From: Podarcis pityusensis
Taxonomy: Eukaryota
DNA length: 64,000 nucleotides
Direction: 5' to 3' (one strand)
Assembly (NCBI GenBank): GCA_964106645.2
Contig: OZ067039.1
Shown: one piece after another, positions 52,658 to 64,000 of the stretch
How positions within the stretch are numbered: the first letter of the stretch is position 1
How the letters are laid out: each line of letters starts with the position of its first letter
The notes under the pieces: generated by a model
Told to the model about the DNA's origin: nothing
The model's input: only the letters and a program-made list of their open reading frames with translations
Database searches by the model: none
Made by a program: the position numbers and the translations under genes

Positions 52658-54461
52658 CTACTGTTTGTATGCTAGCCATTTGAGGTATATTTGTATAAAT
52701 AGAAGAGGCCTGCTTGGGAAGAGATTTTAGAGCAATGGTCGCCAACCTCTTTGGGTCTGGGGGGCACTTTTGGAATTTGAGAAGGTTCCTACTGCCAAAG
52801 GTGTGGCTTAGCACTAAAAAGCTGCTGACTGCAAAAGAGCAGAAAAAGAAAAGAGATGGGAACGTAAAATGTTTCAAATATGGAAAAAATATGTTCAGGT
52901 GTTGATTTTGTTTTGTTTTTGGTTCACAAAAAATGTTTGGAAAACTCCCTTCTTTTCTGGACACAGTTAAATCTTGGTTGTTATGTTCCCCCTGTTGCTG
53001 GTTTGCTGCTGTGGAATAGAGCTGGAAAATAAAGATAACTGAATGCAGAAATAATTTTGAATTACTACAGCCAGTCATACATGCACAGATACACACACAC
53101 AGAGAGACACACACACACACCATTCTTAATTCTGGCTGGCGAGTGTTTTTTTTAAAAAAAAGATATTTAGGGAATGGAAAAGAATAGAATACAAACACAA
53201 GGAAAATACATGAAAAATGCATAAAATGAGCTTGACTCGAACAATACTGGCTCATACTGGTATGATGTTTAAGGCTGACTATCATCTGCAAGCTTCTCAA
53301 AATTAGGGCTGTATGAGGAGAGAACAAGGATTATGCTTCTGCCTTTTCACTGTGCTGACTCTCCCCAAACAGCTTTGGAACAATCCATGCTGTGGACCAG
53401 GCAGAGGTAAAGGTGATAACGGTGATGCCTTTAAAATGGGTGTCCCCCCAAAACAACAACAACAAAATTGGAACAATCAGGAAAAAGGTGGTGATAATAA
53501 TGACAACGACAACAAAATGTCTTTGGTAACAGGTCTGGACCTCTGCTTAAGACTTCAGGGTTCCATTGATAGGGTGAATATTGCAGTACTGAGCTAAATA
53601 GACCAGTGGCCTGGTTCTGTATAAGGCAGCTTGCTACATTCACATGTTCATGTGACAGGCTGACACTGATGTAGAAAGTGCTTAACAGTTTTTTTCTTTG
53701 CCCTGCGAGAGAGGCTGCTGCATCTGTTTTACAAACTGGAAGCTGTGGTCAAGAGAGGGTCAGTGCCCGGCCACCCAGTGGGTCTGGCAGAAATGGAACT
53801 CAGAGTCAAGTGGTTTCCCGAAGTCCTTTCACAGCACAGGAGCCACAAGCCTTTTAGCTGCTTCCACTTTGGCCAGCATGCTTGAAACATTGCTTGCTTC
53901 TCTCTTTTTTTAAATATTGTCCTCTCAGCATTGTTGCACTTTGAGGAAACCTACCTGCTCTGCTCACCAGCCCTATCTGGGAATCAAGCACAGACATTGG
54001 TTTGAAGCTGGTGTTGGCCAACCAGTGTTGCCTGTTGGGAATTCATAAACCTGCTGAAGTGAGAATGAGACATTAGGGTTACTGACTTGAAAAAACATGC
54101 ACACAAATTTGGACTTTTCTCTAATGCCACTTTGCAACTTGGGGAATGCTGTGCCTTCTGATTAAGTGAAGCTTAATGAAAACAGTTGGCGTTTTTTTTT
54201 TTATACTTCCAGCTTTCTTTTTCTTTTGCTCAGAGCATTTTATTCTTGCAGCAATGGATAAAGGTTAGACTGAGTTGATGGCTTGCCCAACACCACAGAG
54301 TGAGCTTCATAGCCAAGTGGGGTTGAGTCTGTTTCCCACATCAAAATCAAGCCCTCTAGTTCCTATACCGCACTGGCTCTTGCAGTTTGTAATTTTCAGG
54401 TAATTTTTCCTGCCTTCTTCCTTTCTTCCTCTTTTGGTGCCACTCTCTCATGGTGGTGTAG

Positions 54462-54659
54462 CGAACCGTGCGAAAGCCACATGACTCGCTCAGCCAGCTC
54501 CAACTCAAGCCTTGATCCCAACTCCCAGTTCCAAGAGAATAACGTTCAAGTACAGACCTCCCGGTGGGATGAGCAGCAGAAGGTGTTTGCCTTGGAACAG
54601 ATCTGTGGTGTCTTCAGAGTCGACCTGGGACAGATGCGGTCTCTTCGCCTGTTTTTCAG
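54462..54659 (+). CDS. TBC1D16: TBC1D16 coding exon 3 (...ALEQICGVFRVDLGQMRSLRLFF)
   Basis: gtgtag|C...TTCAG|gtagg; 198 nt, phase 2 to 2. Confidence 0.9.
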
Positions 54660-55181
54660 GTAGGATAATTCCTTTGGAGATGGTCTGACATGCCTTCCCT
54701 TGCCCTGTTACCTAGGAGAGTGACACGGCAGCAGGACCAGGGTGAATTTCCATCTTTCATTGTTCTCTGAGTGGAAGCCCACCTAGGAAGTTCTAATGGT
54801 ATCAGGTGTTCTTTGTGAATGGTGGAGTGCTCCTCTGCGTCCGTCTTTCAGACAGCAGATTACCTGTACATCCTCTATGCATTCTGAACCAGTGAGCCAA
54901 GACTTACTGTCTCTATTTCTTCCCACTCCCACCACCTTTTTTGAGAGGGGATTTTACTGGGCTGGCAAAAAAATATAATGTGGTGATTTAGTAGTAGGCC
55001 AGATTCTATATATCCATACAAGTGGCTCTTCCTACCCAGCTTGGAATCCATAACTTGCATAAAACTTGGCTTCCTGAGGCTGGGGCTACACATTACCTCA
55101 GCAAACATGGATGTCTGCCAAGGTAATATGTAATTTTAGCCTGGGAATTTGCTTCTGTTCCAATTTCCCCCTCCACCTCCA

Positions 55182-55422
55182 CAGTGGTACCTCGGTTTAA
55201 GAACAGCCCTGTTTATGAACTATTTGGTTTACGAACTCTGCAAAACTGGAAGTAGTGTCCCGGTTTGCGAACTTTACCTCGGTCTAAGAACAGAAGCCGA
55301 ACGATGGAAGGGCACCGGTGGCAGGAGGCCTCATTAGGGAAAGCGCGCCTCGGTTTAAGAATGGTTTCGGTTTAAGAGTGGACTTCCAGAACGGATTAAG
55401 TTCGTAAACTGAGGTACCACTG
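55182..55422 (+). mobile_element. Tc1/mariner MITE (family A relative)
   Basis: CAGTGGTACCTC TIRs. Confidence 0.8.
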
Positions 55423-56042
55423 TACCATGGTTTCAAAGGAAAGGTTTAAAATGTGAGGCAGTGAAGGTATTATAAAACTGTTGCCACATACCATTTTCTT
55501 GTGACACAAACTGAGCGAACATAGTCTTTCAGTCTGGCTGAAGGTTACACACCACTCTTTCTCTTCATGCTCAGGTAGCTGTGGAGCCCTGGGAGAACAT
55601 AGCTGCTAGGGAAGATGCCTGAGCTTATGGAAACCTAACTTTTCCATCCTGATCTGTTCAGACTCCCCAGGCTACCTAGGAGAGCCTGAAACATTTTGGA
55701 GCATGAACCCAGAAGGAAACTCCTTTTGTTTCTTAAACCCCAAGGCAAAACGCATTGAGTAACTTGAGGAAATAATGGTTTTACACTGAAAGGAGGAAGG
55801 TAGCCTTAGCCAGTGTTTGAAACTCCCATTGATCTAGGCACATTTTGTGACAGGGAATTTCATTAGCGCGAGCTGTTTCTGAGCTCTGGGCGCAGTACTG
55901 CGCCTAAGATTTCAGACAAAAACTGCAGAGTGGAAGAAAAGGAGGACCCTTTTCTGCCTCCCCACTTCCAGCTACTCTCTGAAGACTGGAAAAGAGACCC
56001 TCTTAAGAATATTAGGGGGGGTGGGCAGGGGAAGGACTAGTC

Positions 56043-56178
56043 CAGGCATGGCCAAACTTGGCCCTCCAGCTGTTTTGGGACTACAACTCCCATCATCCCT
56101 AGCTAACAGGACCAGTGGTCAGGAATGATGGGAATTGTAGTCCCAAAACATCTGGAGGGCCAAGTTTGGCCATGCCTG
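56043..56178. mobile_element. Palindromic hAT MITE (same family as 39601)
   Basis: Near-perfect hairpin; TSD gactagtc / gactagac. Confidence 0.85.
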
Positions 56179-56576
56179 GACTAGACCATGTGAAAAATGA
56201 ACATAATGTTTTAGCTGCAGTTCATTCATTTTCAGCTTTGCATTCTGGTTATAAAAAAGCGTGCCTAGACATTCCGTTGTTGCGCCCATAACTAGGATTA
56301 AGGTGTGCCATTTAGCTCCTAGCTTTCATATCTCAGTTTCTAACATTGGCCTTAGCATAGGAAATAAATGAAAGGTGAAAACAAACACTAAAAAAAAAAG
56401 GAAACTGCCTTACACCTAATCAGATCATTGGCTCACCCCACTTGATGTTGTCTGCATTGATTGGAAGCAACCCTCCAGGGTTTTGGGGATTCTTTCCTAG
56501 ACATGGATACGCCAGGGGTTGAACGTGAGACCTTTTTTATGCAAATTGCATGCTCTACCTCTGGACCTTTAATGGG

Positions 56577-56620
56577 TATAGTATAGTATAGTATAGTATA
56601 GTATAGTATAGTATAGTATA
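56577..56620. repeat. (AGTAT)n microsatellite; others include (AC)n at about 7494, 36945, 45597 and 63315, (TG)(AG) at about 51402 and (TTTC)n at about 63067
   Basis: Directly visible. Confidence 0.9.
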
Positions 56621-58032
56621 GATGAAAATTGACATTGAATTATGGGACATAAATATGGGCATGCACCTACTTTATACACCAGTTGGAAATCTTGGAACGT
56701 GCTCAGTTTATGGCATCTGAAATGTATGTCCGTACAGTCCTGTTCCTTCAATGTAAATTCATGAAAAAGAGCTTCCTTCCCAGTGGCAAAGAGCAGTGCG
56801 ATGGAGCCTGGCCTTTAAGCCCTTGCCTAAGCCTCTGCATGCCTTTTTACGGCATATTTGTTGATAGTGCTTCAGCAACCAAGGCCTCTGGAAGTAACTC
56901 AAACCACTTCCCAAAGCAGCAGCACTCGCCATAGTGTTTTGAACCCACTTACAGAATCCCGCTGAAAATGGATTTAAAGTTTAAAGTGTGTGGTTTTGCA
57001 CCGAATTGTTGCAGTAAGGTGTTTATGACATTGGCACCCCAGATGATGTATGGGATTATCCCATTTTCTTCTCACAGATAAGTGTGTAAGGTAGCATTAG
57101 ATAGTGACTAAACCAAGCTCACTCAGAGACCTCGTGGGCATGTTAACACTAAGCCAAACCATGTGTCCCACTGCATTTGAGGCACTCCCTTGGCCTTACA
57201 CCAGGCATAGGGAACCTGTGGCCCTCCAGATATTGTTGGACTCACAACTGCCCAGCCCCAGCTGGCAGCCCCAGCCGGCATGGCACAAGGTTGAGGGCAA
57301 TGAAAATGTCAGTCGAACAACATCTGGACAGCCACAGGTTCCTCACTCCTGCTTACATCATATTTTGTATATTCTGTAGCTCACTCACTAAATTGCCTCT
57401 TTGCACATCCTCTTTCCTCTTTGGTTCTGATTTTTAGGGCCTGTAACTGTTGAGAGCATAAGTTTTTCTGGGGTCTTTGCTGTGTAAACAGGAAGTATGC
57501 ATTTCTTCTGTTCCATAAAATTCAGCTCCTTTTCAGGCTACCAAGTGGGATGGGGGGTGGGGAACAAGAGGAAGTCTCTTCATTTAGAACGGGGAGAGCT
57601 GAAGGGCTATGGCTAATTATCCTATTAATCACAGGTAAATTAACAGGATTTGCATATAATTTTCATAAACATGACAGCTGTTACACTTATACAGCAATTA
57701 TTTATTTATATGTTTTCCCTTTTTTTAAAAAAAAAAATTCCCGCCTTTATAGCGGGTACACATCATTCCAAGGGAGATTTTCAACAAATGTGTCACAATT
57801 TAACAACGAAACCCCCAATAACAATGCAACATACAGTCAGATACAATATGAGGGTTGTTTTTCTGCTGTTGCTGCCCACAAATACAAAGTTGTAATAAAT
57901 AAAAAAAATTCCAGTAGCACCTTAGAGACCAACTACATTTGTTCTGGGTATGCACACTTTTTTATTTATTTTGACTGCGTCAGACCAACACGGCTGCCTA
58001 TCTGAATCCACAAATACACAGATAGCTAAATA

Positions 58033-58274
58033 CAGTGGTCCCTTGGTTCTCGAACTTAATCCCTTCCGGGAGTCTGTTCGACTCCTGAAACTGTTCGAAA
58101 ACCAAGGTGCAGCTTCCGATTGGCTGCAGGAGCTTCTTGCACTCAAGCGGAAGCCTCATCGGACGTTTGGCTTCCGAAAAACGTTCGCAAACCGGAACAC
58201 TTACTTCCAGGTTTGCAGCACTCGGAAGCCGATTTGTTTGACAACTAAGCCGTTCGAGAACCAAGGTACCACTG
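58033..58274. mobile_element. Tc1/mariner MITE (third subfamily)
   Basis: TA|CAGTGGTCCCTTGGTTCTCGAAC...GTTCGAGAACCAAGGTACCACTG|TA. Confidence 0.8.
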
Positions 58275-59669
58275 TATCTGAAATGTGTATTGATTTATAG
58301 AACAACGTTGACATGAAGCGATGAAAGGTTGGAAGCCCTTGACAAGCTAGCTTTGTTTGTTTCCTCCATTTCAGTCCTTGAGCTGCCTCTGTTATTTAGC
58401 TCCTGTTTTTGGTTTTTACAGTTCCAAGTGGTGTATGAATAACAATGAGGACTAGAGAACATGGAGTTACAAAGGAAAGCCGGGGTTCTTGGTTGTGGGG
58501 GAGGGTTATATTATTTATTATAACACATTCAGTGTTTTATGTATGTGTGAGAAAGACAGAGAGAGAGAGGGCTTTGTGCCTGTCCGGTGAGTGTGCGTTG
58601 TTTATGTGGGGAATGTGTGAGTGTGTGGTCTCTGCCTGTGCAGGATATTTTTGTGTGTATGTATATACATTGGCCATACCCACTGGTGGCATGTGGCTGA
58701 ACATCCCTTGGGCTGGAAAAGGTTAGCCACTGCTGATTAACGCCATGAGTCCTGGAGTTCATTTGAGAAGCAAACTGGTCTTGGCAGCCGACTCCTTTGC
58801 CCAGGCCTTCACGATCTACTGGCTGTGGGGGGCGGGCACTGTTCCACCTGATACTGCTTTTGTTTGTACAGTGCCTAGCATACCAGGACTCTGGTTGATT
58901 ACCATAAACAACCTGGTAAGTACTGCCAGATGTAAGCAAAAAATAAAATAAAAAACCCACCCCAATCTTTTTTTGGGTACCAAGAAAAGTGCAGTGTTCT
59001 CTGCACTGTGAGACCTCACAAGCGCCAATTGGGCCATGAAAGCTCATAATCAGAGCAGTGTGTGCTCTGCAGGGGGCGAAATGAAAATGAAAAGCAACCT
59101 CTACACCCGGGGTGGGGGGGAGGAGAGGGGGAAAGCAAAGTATGTGCTCAGAATATATTATGCAAACTAAGGTCAGATGATTTGCATAATTCATTTTGAT
59201 TGCAGTTTGGAGTTTTCAGAGAACTTGCCATTTCGGTCCTTGCAGATACATTCTATGGGGAAGGGGGGGACCGAGAGAGAGAGGGAGTGCAATGGAGGAG
59301 GAAGGAATTGGGGTGCTTGAAGCTTGGGAAATGATGTAGAAAAAGATGGCTGTCGATGCAAGGCACAGACTTCTGATTCCTGGAAATGCTCCCTAAATTG
59401 GTTTGGTTTTTGAGTCTTAAGAAAGCATATGCTTCAATGAGAGGTGCCTAAACCGCATTAGATTGTGTAGTGCGGTTCACATTTCTTTGGAAGAGTGCTG
59501 TATATATTCTCAGCACAGCCATGCAACATGCATGCAGGACTCACAAATGTTGTTTGCGCTATCTGTATTTGAACAACGTCCCACCCCCTAGATGTTCCGA
59601 CCAGTAAACTGTGCTCTTAAGTACATATTCCCCCTTTTCTTTCCCGGTCCCTCCACCATTTTCCTTCAG

Positions 59670-59817
59670 TGATGAGGCATGCACCAGTGGGCAGCTGGTT
59701 GTTGCCAGCAGGGAAAGTCAGTACAAGATTTTCCACTTTCACCACGGCGGCCTGGATAAACTTTCCGAAGTGTTTCAGCAATGGAAATACTGCACAGAGA
59801 CCCATCTCAAAGACCAG
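59670..59817 (+). CDS. TBC1D16: TBC1D16 coding exon 4 (DEACTSGQLVVASRESQYKIFHFHHGGLDKL...KDQ)
   Basis: ttcag|T...CAG|gtaag; 148 nt. Confidence 0.95.
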
Positions 59818-60495
59818 GTAAGCTGTTATGTCCAGAGTAGACCTGGGGAGCCTCCACACACCCTCTCCACCCCTAGTAGATGTGGTCTGTGGATTTCTAG
59901 CTAGAAATGAAGAAATGTGAGCAGCATCTCTTCTTGTTTCTGACATGTCTGGAAAAGTGGTGGCAAGTGCCCTGGAAGGCTCAGAGGCCAACAGTAGATA
60001 GAGCCAGAGCTAACCTACCAGGCCAGGTTCAAAGCTCTTGTATTGATATGCAAAGCCTTGGGCAACCTGGGTCCAGAATACCTTATATCACTCTGGAGGA
60101 GGGAGGTTAGTTGTGCCCCTGTGCTACAGAGGCCCAATTGGCCGCATCCAGAAGTCAAACATTCAGTGCTGCCAGTCTATGCTGTGGATCACTCTTCTGG
60201 CAGAGACTCAGCAGACAGCCTTCCTTTTTATACCAGGCGTCTCCTGAAGATATTTTTTGTGTGTGTGTGCTGACAGGTTAAAAAAAGAAGAAGATCGAGA
60301 AGATTATTTTGTACTGCCTTTACAGGCTTTTGTACGTTGCTGATGTTTTCTGGGAGGGCAGTTTATAAATACTATTATAAGTGAATGAATGAGTAACAGA
60401 GCCAACCAATTCTAGTTTTATCCCTTTCCTCCTCCCCCTCGACTGGTTGAAAGTAAGAAGGCAAGGCAGGTAAGGGCTGGATGGCTGCCTGGCTG

Positions 60496-60757
60496 AGAGC
60501 CAATGTGGTGTAGTGGTTAAGAGCGGTGGACTCGTAATCTGGTGAATTGAGTTCGCTTCTCTGCTCCTCCACATGCAGCTGCTGGGTGACCTTGGGCCAG
60601 TCACACTTCTCTGAAGTCTCTCAGCCCCACTCACCTCACAGAGTGTTTGTTGTGGGGGAGGAAGGGAAAAGGAGATTGTTAGCCGCTTTGAGACTTCCTA
60701 GGGTAGTGATAAAGCGGGATATCAAATCCAAACTCTTCTTCTTCTTCTTCTTCTTCT
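60496..60757 (+). mobile_element. tRNA-derived SINE with (CTT)n tail
   Basis: tggtgtagtggttaagagc A-box, MIR-like gggtgaccttgggccagtcac, microsatellite tail. Confidence 0.65.
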
Positions 60758-62043
60758 GAGGTTGGTGGGGCTGTGCCCCATTCTTGCTGGCAGGCCAGCT
60801 TCCCTGCTTGTCTGAAGAGCTGCCAGGGGTTTGTAGACACTGGTGATGCACTTCCCTTGGTTTGTTCTTTCTCTTGCTGGAGAAGGGGGCCATCCAAAGT
60901 ATTTGTTTAATCCAATATTGGGGATTAACGAGGAGCAGGCTTACGTAGGTTATGTAAGCTCCTGGCAAGGTGACACTGGGTTAAGAAATTTTAGCCAAAC
61001 AGGAGTTTCGAATAACGGAGGATTTGCTTTATTGGGCAGAGTGTTCGCCTTTATAAACCTCTTCTGCAACTAGAAGATTTGGGCCTCGTTTCATTTCCTT
61101 TGCTTCTTGTGGCCTGCGGCAGCCTTATAAAATAGGCCAGCTGTTTATATAAACGGCGAAACCACAGATCTAATTCTCTCAGAGTTCTCTTCTGTGCGTT
61201 ATGTGTCCAGTATGAGCACAGGGTGAGTCCACAGATCGGGTGGAATTTGAACTCCAGTCCAGGATGCAGCAAGTGTCCTGACTTGCCCATCCTGTCTCTG
61301 CAATTAGGCTTGTGCTGAGTGTTCAGTCTATGACTTCTAGCCGTCTGTATTCAAATGATGTTTTGACAAGGCCTATTGGCATATCTTGCTTCATTCTGCA
61401 CAAAGGCCTTGCAAAGGCCGTAATTATATGTTTAAAGATACTAGAGATGCTTGTTAGAAACAGTGATTTCTTCATTCCCTTCCTTCTCCCCAGCCCCCCT
61501 CCCCACTTCTTCCCCTGCTGCTTTCCCCTCATTATAGTACCATGGGGGCTTCCATCTGTGTTGAGTAACCTTTTGATTTTTAAATTAAATGTCAGCTGCA
61601 GTTTTCACCCAGGAATGGCAAGCGTCCTCGGAGAGCCTGGCACCGCTGCCTTCTCTCCTTCGTAACAGCAGCCCTTTTGTATGTGGCCAATCAGATGTAA
61701 TTTATTGCGTGCATTCCTGGGCAGGCTCACGATATTGCTGCAAGCCGTGTTAGCTCTGATCTTGGGCAGGGGAGGGTGGGAAAGGCAGCCAGCCGAACCA
61801 AGCAGTGCGTCATGTCGCTCTGATCCTTAATTACTCCCAATTACGCTTGCTGGCTTGGGCTGGAAGTCTCCCCAAACTTCCAAGGCTTTGCCGCCCTCCC
61901 AGGACAGTCTCTCTCCAGACAAAAATCATCTTCTTTTTCCGCTGTGGCGACCTGGATATAAGATGTCCAAGCCATGGGAATGGGAGGTCAGGCTCCTGCA
62001 GCTATTGCTCTAGCCCTCTGTCCTGGTTTTGTCTCCCAATTAG

Positions 62044-62211
62044 CAGCTCACTGACGTGAAGACCTGCATGCAGTTCTCCATCCGAAGGCCCAAGCTGCCC
62101 TCCTCGGAGACCCATCCAGAGGAGAACGCTTACAAGCGCCTGGATGTCTCTGCGTGGCTCCATCATCTAAATGAGGCTGGGCAGGTAGAAGAAGAGTACA
62201 AGCTGAGGAAG
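62044..62211 (+). CDS. TBC1D16: TBC1D16 coding exon 5 (QLTDVKTCMQFSIRRPKLPSSETHPEE...YKLRK)
   Basis: tag|CAG tandem acceptor, AAG|gtgag donor; 168 nt. Confidence 0.93.
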
Positions 62212-62865
62212 GTGAGAGAGAAGACACAGTGGCATGTTTTGCTCTGCTGGTTCCAAGAGAAGAAAGGTCTCCCAAGTGGAGCGTGGAGCAGTTGTGCTTA
62301 TTTGGCCTCCAGGAACCTTTGCACGTCTTCCCAGCCTTTGGCAACGGGGAGGCAGCACCTGTCAGCTCCCTGCAGGCTAACGTAGCAACTCTCTGGATCT
62401 CTGGTTTGTTGCTGCATTGATTGCCCAGCAGTTTGGGACACGAAGACCAGTGAGCATTTCTAGGGGTGCTTGCACAGTATGTGAAGGCCTATAAAAGCAA
62501 TTGAGACTGTCTGGCTTTAAAATAATTAAGGGCTTTGGGGTGGGGGAGGCGGTATGTGAGTCTGGGTCCAAGTGTGAAGTTTCCAAGATTGGGGATTAAG
62601 CAGTGACGTGAGAATGATGTGTTAATTGTATAGCCTCTCCAGGGGGGTTATTGACATTGAAATGAGTTTGATTTGTGTCTCCCCTGGGAAAAGGGGGGGG
62701 GGGCTCTGCTTTCCCTCTAAACATGTGCAGATTGTGGGGCTCCTGAATCTCAAGGCGTCACTTGTCAGAGGAGGAGAGCAAAAGAGGTCCAGTTTCAGAA
62801 ACTGTGGCATTTTCCTCTGTTGCAACCTCTTTATCATTTCCCCTCTGCCCTCCCTTCCTCCCCAG

Positions 62866-63014
62866 GCTATTTTCTTTGGTGGGATCGATGTCTCCATCCG
62901 TGGTGAGGTCTGGCCTTTCTTGTTGCGCTACTACAGCTATGAATCCACTTCAGAGGAGAGGGAGGCGCTCCGAGTGCAGAAGAGAGAGGAATACTTTGAG
63001 ATCCAGCAGAAAAG
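62866..63014 (+). CDS. TBC1D16: TBC1D16 coding exon 6, start of the TBC/Rab-GAP domain (AIFFGGIDVSIRGEVWPFLL...)
   Basis: cccag|GCT...AAAAG|gtaat; 149 nt. Confidence 0.95.
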
Positions 63015-63067
63015 GTAATGAGGGGTGGCAGTGGCTCCAACTCCAGACTTTCAAGGTTTACATATTT

Positions 63068-63115
<48 letters not shown>

Positions 63116-63311
63116 TTAATTACTTTTATAAATGCTGAACTACTTTGTTCTGTAAACCTCAGTCCTAAACCCCAGATCTGCTGTGTGGAAGGTTAGGATG
63201 GGGAGGGTGAGGGAGTCAGCACATCACATTTTCCTGCAAGTGTAAGGACTTTAGTCCTTCTGCCTCTCAGGGGAATGGAGGGGACTTTGAATCCAGCAGG
63301 TACATACCCAG

Positions 63312-63353
<42 letters not shown>

Positions 63354-63751
63354 GTGTGTGTGAGATGCCTCTTTCTCCCCACCCTCCCTTCCTCAGCCAT
63401 TCTTCTTTTAAATCTTCCCTCCCTTGGCAATTGAAACAATGAGGGGGGAATTAACTATCCCCAGAAAATGAACCTTCACAGTAGGTCCAATGTCACATTT
63501 TGGGTGGGACGTATACAGAAGAGAGGCAACTGCTCTGTCCTCCCCAACTGCCCCAGATCTCCTTTATTTTGACCCTTACCTGAAAGTACTCCCAGGTCCA
63601 TTGGCATAGCTGTCAACATTTCCCTTTTTTAAAGGGAAATTCCCTTATTCCGAATAGGATTCCTTGCAAGAAAAGGGAAAAGTTGACAGCTATGTCCATT
63701 GGCAGCAGTGGGTGGTTTGGGAGTGCACTCATGTTGTAATGTGGCGCCTAG

Positions 63752-63886
63752 GCTCTCCCTGACACCGGAGGAGCAGAAGGCATTCTGGCGGAATGTGCAG
63801 TTCACGGTCGACAAAGATGTGGTGAGGACGGACCGCAGTAACCAGTTTTTCCGAGGAGAGAACAACCCCAACGTGGAAACAATGAG
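63752..63886 (+). CDS. TBC1D16: TBC1D16 coding exon 7 (LSLTPEEQKAFWRNVQFTVDKDVVRTDRSNQFFRG...); gene continues right of the window
   Basis: cctag|G...ATGAG|gtgat; 135 nt; contains the DxxRT arginine-finger motif of TBC domains. Confidence 0.95.
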
Positions 63887-64000
63887 GTGATTGTTGTAAC
63901 CCATTAGTGCCCCCCAAAATACACTGAGAACCTTGCACCCACTTGGAAAGCCCAGATGCATCTGTGTTTTGGACACCCAACCTCATACGCTTCCAGGTAA

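Noticed and set aside
52623-53327. 234-aa minus-strand ORF
   Set aside because: Low-complexity F/L/S/C-rich translation through repeats and a microsatellite, with no recognisable protein.

Overview
Vertebrate genomic DNA, inferred to be squamate and probably lacertid lizard from its Sauria SINEs, BovB/RTE, L2, CR1 and hAT/Tc1 MITEs. Three genes are present. (1) The 5' nine coding exons of CCDC40 lie on the minus strand (ATG at 9064) and the gene runs off the left end. (2) A complete, intronless RMI2 ORF (9637-10071, +) sits head-to-head with CCDC40, about 570 bp ATG to ATG. (3) The 5' part of TBC1D16 lies on the plus strand: a CpG-rich promoter and probable non-coding exon at about 12.2-12.5 kb, then seven coding exons from 25768 to 63886, continuing off the right end. 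All gene calls come from recalled similarity to human proteins plus GT-AG sites and consistent reading phase; no database search was run. Most notable: the intronless RMI2, an apparent retro-relocated gene splitting the head-to-head CCDC40/TBC1D16 arrangement known from human and sharing an RFX/E2F/BANP-motif promoter with a cilia gene. Also notable are an ectopic conversion or templated insertion between two inverted Sauria SINEs 10 kb apart, a coding 36-bp VNTR in CCDC40, and a candidate TATA-driven internal first exon for a short TBC1D16 isoform.
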